A stretch of 64,000 bases of DNA from Aggregatimonas sp. (GCA_965238025.1 OZ250162.1:969288-1033287); one strand, 5' to 3'; shown: positions 10,901-21,469, counted from the stretch's first letter. Made by a program: numbers and translations. Notes: generated by a model not told the origin, from the sequence alone.

Positions 10901-11016
10901 CCACTTACCATCAACAACTTTACGAATATGCAGATGCTCTCGAGGAGATGGGTTATCTTGTAACCCAAAAAATTATCGTCTACAGTAACAGTATTGTTTC
11001 ACCAGAATTCATTTAA
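7915..11016 (+). CDS. UvrD-family helicase-nuclease (AddA/RexA-like)
   Basis: ASAGSGKT Walker A, FIDEFQDT, VGDTKQAIYRWRG, MTIHKSKGLEF, C-terminal PD-(D/E)XK motif RPDRL...IDYKTG. Confidence 0.9.
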   Translation: MQDSPFKIYNASAGSGKTYTLTKEYLKIILSTGGGYRQILALTFTNKAVDEMKHRILESLFDFANTFELNNASPLFLEVQKELKLELRSLQKRAAYTLKDILHNYAFFDVSTLDKFTHRLIRTFAKDLKIPKNFEVVLDRELLLNEAVSRLLLKAGKNPLLTKILLDFAFEKIEDDKSWDIGIDLIEIGKLLFEENHKKHIGKFANKSIKDFLELKKLVNSKIRTLEENSVSKAQAILQFIVESGLEFTDFPRETLPNHFKKILAKEFHPSKLYANKLEENIPAGKILKAGMAFPSTEIQNRIIGEFQELKENVYAMAFLKNAYRSIVPLTVLNSIQQELKSIQEERDQLSISEFNTIISKEIKDQPAPFIYERLGEKYRHYFIDEFQDTSVMQWNNLQPLIDNALAGQDENEKTGSLFLVGDTKQAIYRWRGGRAEQFLKLTNEKENPFVVRPIVKALETNYRSRAEIIKFNNTFFQSISEFLNKPTYKQLFTEGNKQLQNAKEGGYVELRFLNEDKEDDKDDLYGKAVLETIQKVNPKGNAYNGICILVRSNKHGVALADFLTRHEIPVISTESLLISSSEKVRFLINLLRYLNQPDDLSFRYNILSYLSKRKEKRHEFIIENLYQLNSLLKNDYGLNTALLPQKSVYDGLELAIKQFNLAPDSDVYLISLMNVVLDVENTDGASTPVFLDYWDKKKSSLSLSAPIASNAVRIMTIHKSKGLEFPIVIFPYANEDIYKRYRKSMWLPVDPEAYNDFDQLLISEKKEVIKYNETAAELYIEEERKMELDAFNLLYVVLTRAAQSLFIISKKELSAKGESNTSHYSGLFIHYLKTRGLWNNEQDIYSFGKLNVSEGQWLTAQEPVPYEYTYKNRPSFSILASGGNLWETERESAILHGNLIHHIMSHIETKDDVAETLALFASKGDISPTEFGQVKSTVSQIVEHPQLAPYYRTGIMIKNEKDIITQKGKLLRPDRLVFYNREVVVIDYKTGKKDPTYHQQLYEYADALEEMGYLVTQKIIVYSNSIVSPEFI

Positions 11017-11019
11017 TAT

Positions 11020-12213
11020 ATGTACGGAAAAATTCAAGATCACCTAAAAACGGAACTTGCCCAAATAAAGGAAGATGGGCTTTATAAAAGTGAGCGCATT
11101 ATAGTATCAGAGCAAAATGCGGTAATAAAACTTAACACAGGCGAAGAGGTCATTAATTTTTGTGCGAATAATTATTTGGGGCTTTCTTCCCATCCAGAAG
11201 TTGTTCAAGCTGCAAAAGATACCTTGGATTCCCACGGTTTCGGAATGTCTTCCGTTCGTTTTATTTGCGGCACCCAAGATATTCATAAAACATTGGAGCA
11301 AAGAATTGCAGATTTCTATGGTACTGAGGATACCATATTATATGCTGCTGCTTTTGACGCCAATGGTGGGGTTTTTGAACCTTTATTGAGCGCCGAGGAC
11401 GCCATTATCTCAGATTCGCTCAACCACGCCTCTATTATTGATGGTGTTCGTTTGTGCAAGGCCAAACGGTATCGATATGCAAATAGCGATATGGCAGATT
11501 TGGAGAAACAGCTTCAACAAGCAAATGCCGATGGCTCAAGATTTAAGATTATCGTCACGGACGGTGTCTTTTCTATGGATGGCCTTTTGGCTCCCCTAGA
11601 TGCTATTTGCGATCTGGCAGATCAGTATGATGCCCTAGTCATGGTTGATGAATGCCACGCTGCAGGTTTTATCGGAAAAACGGGAAGAGGTACATTAGAA
11701 GAGAAGAACGCAATGGGTCGTATAGATATTATTACAGGGACTCTGGGGAAGGCTCTTGGTGGGGCAATGGGTGGTTATACCACCGGCAAAAAAGAAATTA
11801 TCGAAATTCTTAGACAACGATCAAGGCCTTATCTTTTCTCAAATTCCTTAGCTCCGGCCATCGTTGGTGCATCAATTAAGGTTTTTGAAATGCTGGAAAA
11901 AGACACCTCGCTTCGCGACAAACTCCAACAAAATACCGAATACTTCAAAAAAGGAATCAAGAACGCGGGCTTTGAGATTATTGATGGGGACTCCGCAATC
12001 GTACCAGTAATGTTATATGATGCCAAACTTTCACAACAAATGGCAAACATGCTTTTAGAACGCGGTATTTATGTTATCGGTTTCTTCTATCCTGTAGTTC
12101 CAAAAGGAAAAGCAAGAATTCGTGTACAACTTTCTGCTGCCCATACACAACAACATATAGAAAAAGCCGTTAATGCCTTTCAAGAGGTCGGAGAGGCCTT
12201 AAATGTCGTTTAA
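11020..12213 (+). CDS. kbl: glycine C-acetyltransferase (2-amino-3-ketobutyrate CoA ligase)
   Basis: [39 protein letters not shown]-lysine motif. Confidence 0.96.
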   Translation: MYGKIQDHLKTELAQIKEDGLYKSERIIVSEQNAVIKLNTGEEVINFCANNYLGLSSHPEVVQAAKDTLDSHGFGMSSVRFICGTQDIHKTLEQRIADFYGTEDTILYAAAFDANGGVFEPLLSAEDAIISDSLNHASIIDGVRLCKAKRYRYANSDMADLEKQLQQANADGSRFKIIVTDGVFSMDGLLAPLDAICDLADQYDALVMVDECHAAGFIGKTGRGTLEEKNAMGRIDIITGTLGKALGGAMGGYTTGKKEIIEILRQRSRPYLFSNSLAPAIVGASIKVFEMLEKDTSLRDKLQQNTEYFKKGIKNAGFEIIDGDSAIVPVMLYDAKLSQQMANMLLERGIYVIGFFYPVVPKGKARIRVQLSAAHTQQHIEKAVNAFQEVGEALNVV

Positions 12214-12326
12214 ATGTAGGTTTTTATCCATAAAACGCTCTAAAAAAAATAATAGATTGATTTTGTTAATAATAATTAACAACTTACATTTGCGGCTAAT
12301 AAACACTTAAACTTAAAAATTTAAAC

Positions 12327-13667
12327 ATGAAACATCTTAGCAAATTAGTAATTGCTGCCTTCCTTTTAATAGGATTTAACAGCTTGCAAGCTCAAGACGA
12401 GAACAACCCTTGGCAGATTTCTTTTGGAGTTAATGCCATAGATACCTATCCTACGGATGATGGCAGTTCTTTTGGTAATGAACTGTTCAATGTTAATGAT
12501 CACTGGAACATTCTTCCTTCAGTTTCTTACATCGCCGTTTCTAAATCGGTTGCGGACGGTTTCTCTGTCGGTGCTAGAGGTTCATTAAACAAAATCGACA
12601 AACTTGGAGATATCGCTGCAAATGATCTTTCTCATTATGCAATAGATGGTACTTTAAAATATAACTTCTTGAAAAATACGGTCATCGATCCTTTTGTGGA
12701 AATCGGTGGTGGTTATACTTGGATAGACGAAATTGGAGCTGGAACAGCCAACGGGGCCGTAGGTCTTAATGTTTGGTTTACAGAAAATGTTGGTCTTACC
12801 TTACAATCAGGTTACAAACACGCTTTCGAAGATTACGGTGTTAAGCACTGGCAACACTTAGCTGGTTTGGCCGTGAAGTTTGGTGGTACTGATACTGATG
12901 GCGATGGTATCTACGATAAAGATGATGCTTGTCCAGAAGTTGCAGGTCTTGAGGCCTTCAATGGTTGTCCTGATGCTGACGGTGATGGTATCGAAGATAG
13001 CAAGGATAGCTGTCCTAACGAAGCCGGTTCTAAAGAAATGAACGGATGTCCTGATGGTGATGGCGATGGTGTTGCCGATAAAGATGATGCCTGTCCTACC
13101 GAATCTGGTTTAGCTAGTCTAGGAGGATGCCCTGATGGTGATGGTGACGGTGTAGCTGATAAGGATGATGAATGTCCTGCTGAAGCTGGTCCTGCTGAAA
13201 ACAAAGGATGCCCATGGGCAGATAAGGATGGTGATAGCGTTCTTGATAAAGATGATCAATGTCCAGATGTTGCAGGTACTGTTGCTAACAACGGTTGCCC
13301 AGAAGTAACGGAAGAAGTTCAAAAGCAATTGAACGATTACGCCAAAACAATTTTGTTTGATACTGGCAAATCTACTTTGAAGCCTGCTGCTACAGCGGTA
13401 TTCGTAGACATTATCAGAATATTGAATGAGTATCCGACTGCTAGGTTTAGTGTAGAAGGACACACTGATAGCCAAGGTGGTGCTGAAACGAATCAAAAAC
13501 TTTCTGATTCAAGAGCTAACGCTGTTAGAGATTTCTTGATCGCTGAAGGAATTGGTGCTGGTAGATTAACTGCTGCCGGTTACGGTGAAGACAGACCTAT
13601 TGCTAATAACAATACCAGAGCTGGTAGAGCGGAAAACAGAAGAGTTGAAATTAACTTAATCAAGTAA
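12327..13667 (+). CDS. OmpA family outer-membrane protein with thrombospondin type-3 Ca-binding repeats
   Basis: signal peptide, beta-barrel region, repeated DxDGDGVxDxDDxCP, C-terminal GHTDS...NRRVEI OmpA domain. Confidence 0.93.
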   Translation: MKHLSKLVIAAFLLIGFNSLQAQDENNPWQISFGVNAIDTYPTDDGSSFGNELFNVNDHWNILPSVSYIAVSKSVADGFSVGARGSLNKIDKLGDIAANDLSHYAIDGTLKYNFLKNTVIDPFVEIGGGYTWIDEIGAGTANGAVGLNVWFTENVGLTLQSGYKHAFEDYGVKHWQHLAGLAVKFGGTDTDGDGIYDKDDACPEVAGLEAFNGCPDADGDGIEDSKDSCPNEAGSKEMNGCPDGDGDGVADKDDACPTESGLASLGGCPDGDGDGVADKDDECPAEAGPAENKGCPWADKDGDSVLDKDDQCPDVAGTVANNGCPEVTEEVQKQLNDYAKTILFDTGKSTLKPAATAVFVDIIRILNEYPTARFSVEGHTDSQGGAETNQKLSDSRANAVRDFLIAEGIGAGRLTAAGYGEDRPIANNNTRAGRAENRRVEINLIK

Positions 13668-13694
13668 GAGTTTCTCTCTAAACTAAATAACTTA

Positions 13695-13726
13695 AAAGCC
13701 CTGACGAAATCGTCAGGGCTTTTTTT
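13695..13726 (+). terminator. Rho-independent terminator after ompA
   Basis: AAAAGCCCTGACG-AAAT-CGTCAGGGCTTTT hairpin plus T run. Confidence 0.85.
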
Positions 13727-13737
13727 ATTTTTGGGCT

Positions 13738-16485
13738 ATGCAGAGTTTTTTGGAGGAAGTAATCGCTCAGGTAAGAAAGCAACATAGTTCCTTGGAAAAT
13801 GTTGTTTTTGTGCTCCCAAGTAAGCGTGCGGGTACCTTTGTTCGCAATGCCATTGCAAAAACTGCGCAGTCAACGGAATTTGCTCCTGAAATTTACAGCA
13901 TCGAAAGTTTTGTTGAGCGGGTTTCAGGTATAGCATATGCAACAAATACGGAACAGCTCTTTGAACTTTATAAGGCATATAAGGGCACGTCACCCGTGGA
14001 GCAGGACAACTTCTACACCTTCTCTAAATGGGCACAGGCCCTACTTCAAGACTTTAACGAAATTGATCGTTATCTCATCGATGTTTCACAATTGTTTGTA
14101 AACCTTTCCGCAATCCAAGAACTGGGGATATGGGCACCTAACGCTTCCAGAACCCAAATGATGGAGGATTATGTGTCATTTTGGAGAAATATTGAAACCC
14201 TCTACAGTAACTTTAATAGCGCGCTTCTTGAAAAGGGAATCGGACATCAAGGTCTGGTATACCGCCAAGCTTATGAACGCTTAAATACTTATTTAGAAGA
14301 CCACAAAGACAAGGGTCATATATTTATTGGTTTCAATGCCCTTAACACGGCAGAAGAAAAAATTATTCAGCAAATTTTACAATATCCCAATACAGAAATC
14401 TATTGGGATATAGACCACTACTTTCTTGACGACCCTATTCACGATGCGGGACTTTTTATACGCCAACATTTAACCTCCTGGCCTTATTTTCAGAATCATC
14501 TTCTTAAAGGTTCGAGTCGCTTTTATACCACTCAAAAAAATATTCAAGTAATCGGTATCCCAGGAAATGTATCCCAGGCAAAATATGTCGGGAGCCTATT
14601 AAGGCAATTAGACATGTCAAAGAGTGGGAGGTTACAAAATACCGCCGTAGTACTTGGTGATGAAACCTTGCTTAACCCCATATTGAATTCCATTCCCGAA
14701 ACGCTTTCCAATGTGAATATTACCATGGGGTATCCGTTGTACAAAACGAACCTCGCATCGCTATTCACTCAATTTATAAGTCTGTATATAAATCGTGACT
14801 CCTATGGCTGGTATTATCGTCCTCTTTTAAATTTTTTGGCAAACCCGTATCTACATTCCCTATTTTCAGATGAAGAAAAAAACCTGGCAATACAGTTATC
14901 GCAAAAGATCAAGAAAAATAATTGGTCCTATGTCAACAGTCAAAAATTATTCAAAGCATCTGGCGAAGACCCAACGATTGCCCTATTGTTTTTTGATGGT
15001 CCATACTCCCCTTTAGACTTTGTAAAAAAATGTTCATCCCTTATAGTTGCTTTAAAAGAACGCCTTGAAGCTAATGGAGATGCACTCTCCAAAGAATATC
15101 TATATCGCTTTCATCAATTGTTCGTTCAACTTCAGGAAATGTTGGAAAAACACCCCTTCGTTAAAGATATGAAGTCTTTATTAGGACTATTCAAAGAACT
15201 GCTATCTTCCGAAACACTGGATTTTCAAGGAGAACCGCTTCAAGGGCTACAAATTATGGGGATGTTGGAGAGCAGAAATCTCGATTTTGAAACGGTCATT
15301 CTCACTTCCGTAAATGAGGGAATATTGCCTTCTGGCAAATCAAACAATTCGTTTATTCCCTTTGATTTGAAAAAGGCATTTAATCTCCCCACTTACAAGG
15401 AGAAAGATGCCGTATATACCTATCACTTTTACAGGCTCCTGCAACGTGCTAAAAATATTTACTTGCTCTATAATACGGAGCCAGATGTGCTCGAAGGGGG
15501 TGAAAAAAGTAGGTTGATTCACCAGCTTCTAACCGATTCGACCATAAACCCACAAATTAAAGAGGTTATAGCGGCGCCGAATCTGGAACCTTCAATAAAA
15601 ATCCTTGAAGAAATTAAAAAAGACGAACGTCTTATGGTGCTCATCAAAGCGCATGCAGAAAATGGTTTTTCACCTACTTCATTAAGCAATTATATCCGAA
15701 ATCCCATTGATTTTTATAAACGTAACCTTCTTGGTATAAATGATGTTTCAGAAGTCGAAGAGACCGTTGCCGCCAATACGTTTGGTACCATTGTACATGA
15801 TAGTCTCGAGGAACTCTACACTCCTTTTATCGGAACTATATTAACGGCAGAAGAACTGAAACCTGCCAAGGAAAAAGTGGAAGATGTAGTTAGGCGGCAT
15901 TTTCAAAAAAGTTATACCGACGGAGACATCAGCCGCGGAAAAAACTTAATCGCTTTTAACGTGGTTATCCAATACGTCAAGAATTTTATCGATATGGAAA
16001 TCAAGGAGGTGCAAAAACATGAAATAAAGATTCTTGGGCTTGAGGAAAAATTGAACATCCAATTGGAAATCCCTGAATTGGATTATCCCGTGGTATTGAA
16101 GGGAAAATTGGACCGCATAGATGAAAAAAATGGCATTCCTCGTATTATCGACTATAAGACCGGAAAAGTGCTGTTAAATGAGGTTGAAATCATACATTGG
16201 GAAGCGCTTACCCGTAATTATGAGCATAGCAAGGCATTTCAGTTATTATGCTATGCCCTTATGTATAGCAGTTCAGCTGCCGATACGATTAACGCGGGGA
16301 TTATTTCCTTTAAAAATTTAAAATCCGGCTTGCTCCCATTTGCCACAAAAGACAAAAAAGGAAGGGGCGCGATTAAGAACAACTTAATCGACAAAGAAGT
16401 ACTTGCAAATTTTAAAGTTGAACTAAAAAGATTGGTTTTAGAAATCTGTAATCCGCAGCTTCCATTAAAAGAAAAGGAAGTTTAG
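13738..16485 (+). CDS. PD-(D/E)XK nuclease family protein (AddB/RexB-like)
   Basis: VLPSKRAG, LQIMGMLESRNLDF, FSPTSLSNY and GKLDRIDE...IIDYKTG motifs. Confidence 0.88.
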   Translation: MQSFLEEVIAQVRKQHSSLENVVFVLPSKRAGTFVRNAIAKTAQSTEFAPEIYSIESFVERVSGIAYATNTEQLFELYKAYKGTSPVEQDNFYTFSKWAQALLQDFNEIDRYLIDVSQLFVNLSAIQELGIWAPNASRTQMMEDYVSFWRNIETLYSNFNSALLEKGIGHQGLVYRQAYERLNTYLEDHKDKGHIFIGFNALNTAEEKIIQQILQYPNTEIYWDIDHYFLDDPIHDAGLFIRQHLTSWPYFQNHLLKGSSRFYTTQKNIQVIGIPGNVSQAKYVGSLLRQLDMSKSGRLQNTAVVLGDETLLNPILNSIPETLSNVNITMGYPLYKTNLASLFTQFISLYINRDSYGWYYRPLLNFLANPYLHSLFSDEEKNLAIQLSQKIKKNNWSYVNSQKLFKASGEDPTIALLFFDGPYSPLDFVKKCSSLIVALKERLEANGDALSKEYLYRFHQLFVQLQEMLEKHPFVKDMKSLLGLFKELLSSETLDFQGEPLQGLQIMGMLESRNLDFETVILTSVNEGILPSGKSNNSFIPFDLKKAFNLPTYKEKDAVYTYHFYRLLQRAKNIYLLYNTEPDVLEGGEKSRLIHQLLTDSTINPQIKEVIAAPNLEPSIKILEEIKKDERLMVLIKAHAENGFSPTSLSNYIRNPIDFYKRNLLGINDVSEVEETVAANTFGTIVHDSLEELYTPFIGTILTAEELKPAKEKVEDVVRRHFQKSYTDGDISRGKNLIAFNVVIQYVKNFIDMEIKEVQKHEIKILGLEEKLNIQLEIPELDYPVVLKGKLDRIDEKNGIPRIIDYKTGKVLLNEVEIIHWEALTRNYEHSKAFQLLCYALMYSSSAADTINAGIISFKNLKSGLLPFATKDKKGRGAIKNNLIDKEVLANFKVELKRLVLEICNPQLPLKEKEV

Positions 16486-17199
16486 CTACTTTTTGTCCGG
16501 TCTCGAAGGTCTTACCTCAACTTTGCTAGGTAAGGTTCTAGGATGCATATGCAAAAGGTCTAATACCAAGTCTCCGATATCTTCTGGCTGAATCTTCCAA
16601 GCATCTTTTTCATCCGGTTCATTACCATTAAAATGTGTTGCTACAGAACCTGGCATTATAGTAGATACCTTGATGTCGTGCTTTCTAAGATCTAGCATTG
16701 CGGCCTGGGTAAAACCTACGACTCCAAATTTAGTGGCATTATACCCTGCTCCAGAGGCAAAAAAGTTCGTGCCAGCCAAACTGGCCAAGGTCATAAAGTA
16801 ACCTTTTGATTTCTTAAGTGCCTCAACGGAAGCCTTTAACGTATGGAAAACCCCATTCAAATTGGTATTGATCATGCCGTGCCATTGTGCTTCGGAAAGT
16901 TCGTCTATCGGTGCAAAATACCCTACTCCGGCATTTGCCAGCACGACGTCCACTTGTCCCCAAGTAGCGATTACCCTTTCAATTGCGGCTTTTTCAGAAC
17001 TTAATTCGGTCACATCTGATTCTAAGGCGAGTACATTACTTTCGTCCCCTAAGTAAGCGGCGGCCTGCTTTACCGTTTTTAGGGTTCTTCCGCTGATGGC
17101 CACTTTCATTCCTGCCTCCACCAGCTTTTTGGCTACCCCAAAACCTATTCCTTTTGAGCCTCCGGTGATATAAGCTACCTTATTTTTTAAATCCATCAT
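16486..17199 (-). CDS. SDR family oxidoreductase
   Basis: TGGSKGIG, NAG and YNATK motifs. Confidence 0.92.
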   Translation of the reverse strand: MMDLKNKVAYITGGSKGIGFGVAKKLVEAGMKVAISGRTLKTVKQAAAYLGDESNVLALESDVTELSSEKAAIERVIATWGQVDVVLANAGVGYFAPIDELSEAQWHGMINTNLNGVFHTLKASVEALKKSKGYFMTLASLAGTNFFASGAGYNATKFGVVGFTQAAMLDLRKHDIKVSTIMPGSVATHFNGNEPDEKDAWKIQPEDIGDLVLDLLHMHPRTLPSKVEVRPSRPDKK

Positions 17200-17262
17200 G
17201 AATACTGTTTTTGGTAAAATTAAACCATTTTTTGAGCGAGATTTAAATACAAAAGATATTAT

Positions 17263-18282
17263 CTACTCATGCTCTAAATACAAATTCCTGGCTCTTCTCA
17301 ATTTTTGAGAAATCCGTTTCCGTAACCGTTGGGGCTGCAATACCTCCATTGCCTCCCCAAAACCTAAAATCAATCGTTCTAGCTCAAAATTGATTTTTAC
17401 TTTGATATTGATTTCAATACTACCATCTTCATTTTCTTTCTCTATGAGCTGTGAATGATGCATGGGTTTTGTAATCACATAAGGAGCATTGTATCTATCA
17501 ACCCATAACTTAATATTTGAAGCTCGCTCTCCTTGATTTACTGTTACTCCAACAACATCCTTGTAAAAAGTATCTGCATCAAATTCAAAGTCTGTGTAGG
17601 AAGTTGCAAAATCATAATCAATGGAGATAATTCGATCTAAGGCTAAATTAACAACACCTTTATTTTTATTCCCCATCCCTACTAAGAACCATCGATTATT
17701 GAACTCCTTCAATAAACAGGGATGAAAGGTAATTATATTAGCCTCTCTGGCTTTGAATGACTTGTACTCTAATTTCAAGACCACTTTTTTCTGAATGGCT
17801 TGATACAATTCATCTAACCAATGGAGTCCCTTTAGATTTTCATTTTTATCCAGATGGATAATCGAAGATTGGTGGGTTTTTTCAGTATAAACTTTATCTT
17901 CTAATCGTTGTATGATACCGCCTAACTCCGAGAACAATGAAAAGTCTTTAAACTGCTTCAACATTTCCACAGTTTCTGAAAGTACATTCATATCATTTTC
18001 CGTGATGGGAATATCAGTAATTGAATAGTCTTCCTCTTCGTACTTGTAATATTTCTTATCATAAACAGTAATCGGAGCGTTATACCCTAGTTTATCACTG
18101 CGCATTAATTGAATATCTAATTGAACCGTCCGTTTACTCACGTTCACTTCACGACCCTCGTATTCATATAAGGCATCTGAGCAGGCTTCAATTAAATCAT
18201 CTAAAGTCCATTGACGGTAGTTGTTCTGCAAACATTTGTCAATGGTTTTATAACGGATTAGGGCATTTTTGTTGAGGGCCAT
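17263..18282 (-). CDS. HTH-WYL domain transcriptional regulator
   Basis: N-terminal wHTH (VSKRTVQLDIQLMRS), WYL-like FHPCLLKEFNNRWFLVG...LALDRI, C-terminal WCX-like LILGFGEAMEVLQPQRLR. Confidence 0.9.
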   Translation of the reverse strand: MALNKNALIRYKTIDKCLQNNYRQWTLDDLIEACSDALYEYEGREVNVSKRTVQLDIQLMRSDKLGYNAPITVYDKKYYKYEEEDYSITDIPITENDMNVLSETVEMLKQFKDFSLFSELGGIIQRLEDKVYTEKTHQSSIIHLDKNENLKGLHWLDELYQAIQKKVVLKLEYKSFKAREANIITFHPCLLKEFNNRWFLVGMGNKNKGVVNLALDRIISIDYDFATSYTDFEFDADTFYKDVVGVTVNQGERASNIKLWVDRYNAPYVITKPMHHSQLIEKENEDGSIEINIKVKINFELERLILGFGEAMEVLQPQRLRKRISQKLRRARNLYLEHE

Positions 18283-18284
18283 AG

Positions 18285-18902
18285 CTATAAAATTTCAAGT
18301 TCTCTTTTGATATTGTTTCTTGCATTGTTTTCGAATAACTGATAAAAAGCATCAGTTTTATAAATTCTGTTCTTATTCAAAAACTGTCGTAACACTTTCT
18401 TTCTGCCCCTCTTGTACATGAAGTTCGGTACTGAACCATACTCTTCGCGTATTTGCTTGGTATATGAATGATATTTATCCCAGGATTGCCCGAGAATACC
18501 AAGGTCGAAATCTACCATCCATTTTTCATCAGTATTCATTTTAGGGCTGTGGTCCTTAGTCCCCATAATGAGATTGAAAACCCGTTCTATAGCTCTATCT
18601 TGTGCATAGGTGATTAACAAGTAATCCATTGCCAATTCTCCGCTGTTTAACTCGTTGTTCTTACTCCATATATTATAGATAATATCATGATAGAAAATGG
18701 CATAAGCAACTTCCTCAGGATGATTTAAATTTTCTTTATATCTATCAAAATACTTAAATAATTCCCTTAGGTGATTCAGATCGTGGTAGTGTCTTGAAGA
18801 ATCGCAGTATTTGTTTCTTAGTTCATTCCATTGCGATTCGCCTTGAGACCTATCTTCATTCCAATTCGCTAGTACTTCATAGAATCTTTCTTGTAAATTC
18901 AT
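18285..18902 (-). CDS. HD-domain metal-dependent phosphohydrolase
   Basis: RHYHDLNH...FYHDIIY...DFDLGILG motifs. Confidence 0.85.
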   Translation of the reverse strand: MNLQERFYEVLANWNEDRSQGESQWNELRNKYCDSSRHYHDLNHLRELFKYFDRYKENLNHPEEVAYAIFYHDIIYNIWSKNNELNSGELAMDYLLITYAQDRAIERVFNLIMGTKDHSPKMNTDEKWMVDFDLGILGQSWDKYHSYTKQIREEYGSVPNFMYKRGRKKVLRQFLNKNRIYKTDAFYQLFENNARNNIKRELEIL

Positions 18903-18937
18903 CTGGAACTTTTATGAAAGTTAGATAATAAAAATAT

Positions 18938-18974
18938 CTGCGCAAAATAATTGCGTAGTAGACTATCATATTTG
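18938..18974 (+). promoter_or_regulatory. palindromic operator plus weak -7 box (site 1)
   Basis: CTGCGCA-N7-TGCGTAG, 8 bp, CATATTTG; lies between the divergent HD-WYL and nucleotidyltransferase operons. Confidence 0.75.
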
Positions 18975-18990
18975 TATCATAATTTTAGAA

Positions 18991-19728
18991 ATGATGATAC
19001 ATAAACTTAAAACGCTAGCAACGGACAAAGGAGTAGATATACTTTTTGCTTGCGAATCTGGAAGCAGAGCTTGGGGCTTTGCTTCTCCTGATAGCGATTA
19101 TGATGTTCGATTTGTATACACCCATCCTCTAGAATGGTATCTATCTGTTTCAGAAAAAAAGGATACTATCGATTTAATGGAAGGTGACTTTGATGCAGTT
19201 GGCTGGGAACTTCGAAAGAAGCTATGCTTGCTTAAAAAGTCAAACGTACCAGCCCTAGAGCATTTATTTTCACCCATAACTTATATTGAAGAAAGCGTAT
19301 CTATTAAGGAACTTAGAGAAATCGCTGAAGATTGCTTTTCTCCTGTGGCTTGTATGTATCACTATTTAAGTATGAGCAAAAAATATGAAGAAAAGCTATC
19401 TGGTGAATCTGTAAAACTAAAGAGTTTGTTCTACGCTTTGCGAACAGCTTTGGCGGGCAAATGGATACTGGAGTGCAATACAATGCCACCTGTTGTTTTT
19501 AGCAAAATGTTATCTCTTGTAAAAAAAGATGAAGCAGACGAAATAAGAAACTTGATGGTTATAAAATCAGAGAACTACGAAAGTTACTTACATTCCAGAA
19601 ATGAGAAAGTTATAAATCTTATATCAAGTGTTTTAGTTGCTAACGAAAAGTTTGCAAAATCTCTTTCTGGAGGAAAACCTGATGCTGATAGAATAGATAG
19701 TTTTTTATATAACACCTTGACTAAATGA
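18991..19728 (+). CDS. Pol-beta superfamily nucleotidyltransferase (RlaP/YcgL-like) 1
   Basis: FACESGSRAWGFASPDSDYDVRFVY motif. Confidence 0.85.
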   Translation: MMIHKLKTLATDKGVDILFACESGSRAWGFASPDSDYDVRFVYTHPLEWYLSVSEKKDTIDLMEGDFDAVGWELRKKLCLLKKSNVPALEHLFSPITYIEESVSIKELREIAEDCFSPVACMYHYLSMSKKYEEKLSGESVKLKSLFYALRTALAGKWILECNTMPPVVFSKMLSLVKKDEADEIRNLMVIKSENYESYLHSRNEKVINLISSVLVANEKFAKSLSGGKPDADRIDSFLYNTLTK

Positions 19729-20780
19729 AAACAATAGAAGAGGTAAAAGCTTCAGGAAATATCATATTTGAATGCATTAGCGGTAGTAGAGCATACGGAC
19801 TCGCTACCGCTTCTTCTGATACCGATATTCGTGGAGTTTTTGTACTACCAAAAGAAAAATATTATTCCTTAGAATATGTGGGTCAAATAAATAATGAGAC
19901 GAACGATATTGTGTATTATGAACTTAAAAAGTTTATAGAACTCCTTTCAAAGAACAATCCGAATATTCTTGAGCTATTAAGTGTTCCGGAAGACTGTATA
20001 CTTTCTAAACACCCTTTATTCGACAAAGTAAAATCTAAATACTTTCTTTCAAAATTGTGCAAAGACACCTTTGCGAATTATGCTTTCACCCAAATTAAAA
20101 AGGCAAGAGGATTGAAGAAAAAAATCGTAAATCCTGTTGAAAAAGAACGAAAATCTGTTACTGACTTTTGTTTTGTTCGAAAAGAAAAGCGCGCTGTGCC
20201 TTTGAATACCTTTTTAGAAAATGAAGGTTACGAAGCTGCCCATTGCGGATTGGCAAAAATAAGTCACATGAAAGATTGTTATAACCTATTCCACAATCCT
20301 TCTATGAGCTATAGTGGAGTCGCTAGGGAGAACGCGAATGAGGTTTGCCTTAGTTCTATACCAAAAACAGAAGTTCCTGTTGCTATTCTATATTTTAATC
20401 GTGACGGTTATTCATCCTATTGTAAAAAATATAAAGAGTATTGGTCTTGGGTAGAGAAGAGAAATGATGAACGTTACAAGAGCAATATCTCACATAGCAA
20501 GAACTACGATGCTAAAAACATGATGCACACTTTTCGTCTTTTACATATGGCTAAAGAAATAGGAGCGGATTATAAAATATTGGTAAAAAGACCAGATCGC
20601 GACTTTCTGCTAGCTGTAAAAAATGCTGAATTCGAATATGAAGAATTGGTTGAAAGAGCTGAAAAGCTAAGAACTGAACTAGAATTCATTTATGAAAAAT
20701 CTAGTTTGATGGAAAGGCCCAATCTGAACATAGTAAATGAATTATTAGTTAACATTAGAGAAGAATTTTATAAGCAATAG
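19725..20780 (+). CDS. Pol-beta superfamily nucleotidyltransferase (RlaP-like) 2
   Basis: ISGSRAYGLATASSDTDIRGVF, NNPNILELL, YDAKNMMHTFRLL motifs; 4-bp overlap with the upstream paralog. Confidence 0.85.
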   Translation: MKTIEEVKASGNIIFECISGSRAYGLATASSDTDIRGVFVLPKEKYYSLEYVGQINNETNDIVYYELKKFIELLSKNNPNILELLSVPEDCILSKHPLFDKVKSKYFLSKLCKDTFANYAFTQIKKARGLKKKIVNPVEKERKSVTDFCFVRKEKRAVPLNTFLENEGYEAAHCGLAKISHMKDCYNLFHNPSMSYSGVARENANEVCLSSIPKTEVPVAILYFNRDGYSSYCKKYKEYWSWVEKRNDERYKSNISHSKNYDAKNMMHTFRLLHMAKEIGADYKILVKRPDRDFLLAVKNAEFEYEELVERAEKLRTELEFIYEKSSLMERPNLNIVNELLVNIREEFYKQ

Positions 20781-20785
20781 AAATT

Positions 20786-21463
20786 ATGTCGAAAGAAATT
20801 TTCATCAAAGGATATATTGAAAAGGTAAATAAAAATTATAGCTCATTGGAATACTATTTTAATGATGACCTAGTAATACTTTCTGCTCTTAATCCAGTTA
20901 AGTATGAGGTCATTAATTGTTTAATGATTGAACAGTATCAAGCCTCAGTAACACTTACCAATCACTTGGTTGAAAGAATGTTAAAACTTGCTTTAATAGA
21001 GAAGGAAATCTATGGTTTAAAAATTAGCATAGACGACACAGAACTTGAGAAGAAACTGAAGGAGGCCACTAAAAAATATGATAAAAACGTAATGTTTGAA
21101 TCCATAAAATTAGCATTCGCAGAGAACCTAATTAGTGATAAGGAGAGAGATTATTTAGATAAAATAATTAGAGATAATATTAGAAATGGTTTTTCCCATG
21201 CCGAAATGGAGAAAGTAAACAAGGGTAAACCAGAAAATTTTGAAATGCACTCCTATAAGTTCGGAGAAGTAACAGACTTGTTTAAGAATGGGAAGAAGAT
21301 TCCGAAAAACCAAATAAATGTTTCAACCCTCGCTCCTTTCATGCAATCCGAAATCCAAAAAATGAAAGCGGAAGCAATTGCATTTCCATATTTCAAATGT
21401 ATCTATACGATTGCCAAAAACATTGACCGTAGGCTTGACACTAAGAAAGAATACTACAAATAA
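20786..21463 (+). CDS. hypothetical protein with HEPN-like RxxxxH motif
   Basis: all-helical-looking 225 aa with DNIRNGFSHAE; AT-rich. Confidence 0.55.
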   Translation: MSKEIFIKGYIEKVNKNYSSLEYYFNDDLVILSALNPVKYEVINCLMIEQYQASVTLTNHLVERMLKLALIEKEIYGLKISIDDTELEKKLKEATKKYDKNVMFESIKLAFAENLISDKERDYLDKIIRDNIRNGFSHAEMEKVNKGKPENFEMHSYKFGEVTDLFKNGKKIPKNQINVSTLAPFMQSEIQKMKAEAIAFPYFKCIYTIAKNIDRRLDTKKEYYK

Positions 21464-21469
21464 AATTTG

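Noticed and set aside
12895-13300. Tandem GATGGTGATGG-like DNA repeats
   Set aside because: Explained by thrombospondin type-3 repeats in the OmpA coding sequence
7915-16485. AddA-like and AddB-like genes separated by kbl and ompA as a novel defence helicase-nuclease
   Set aside because: Both look like ordinary housekeeping AddAB-type recombination subunits among core genes
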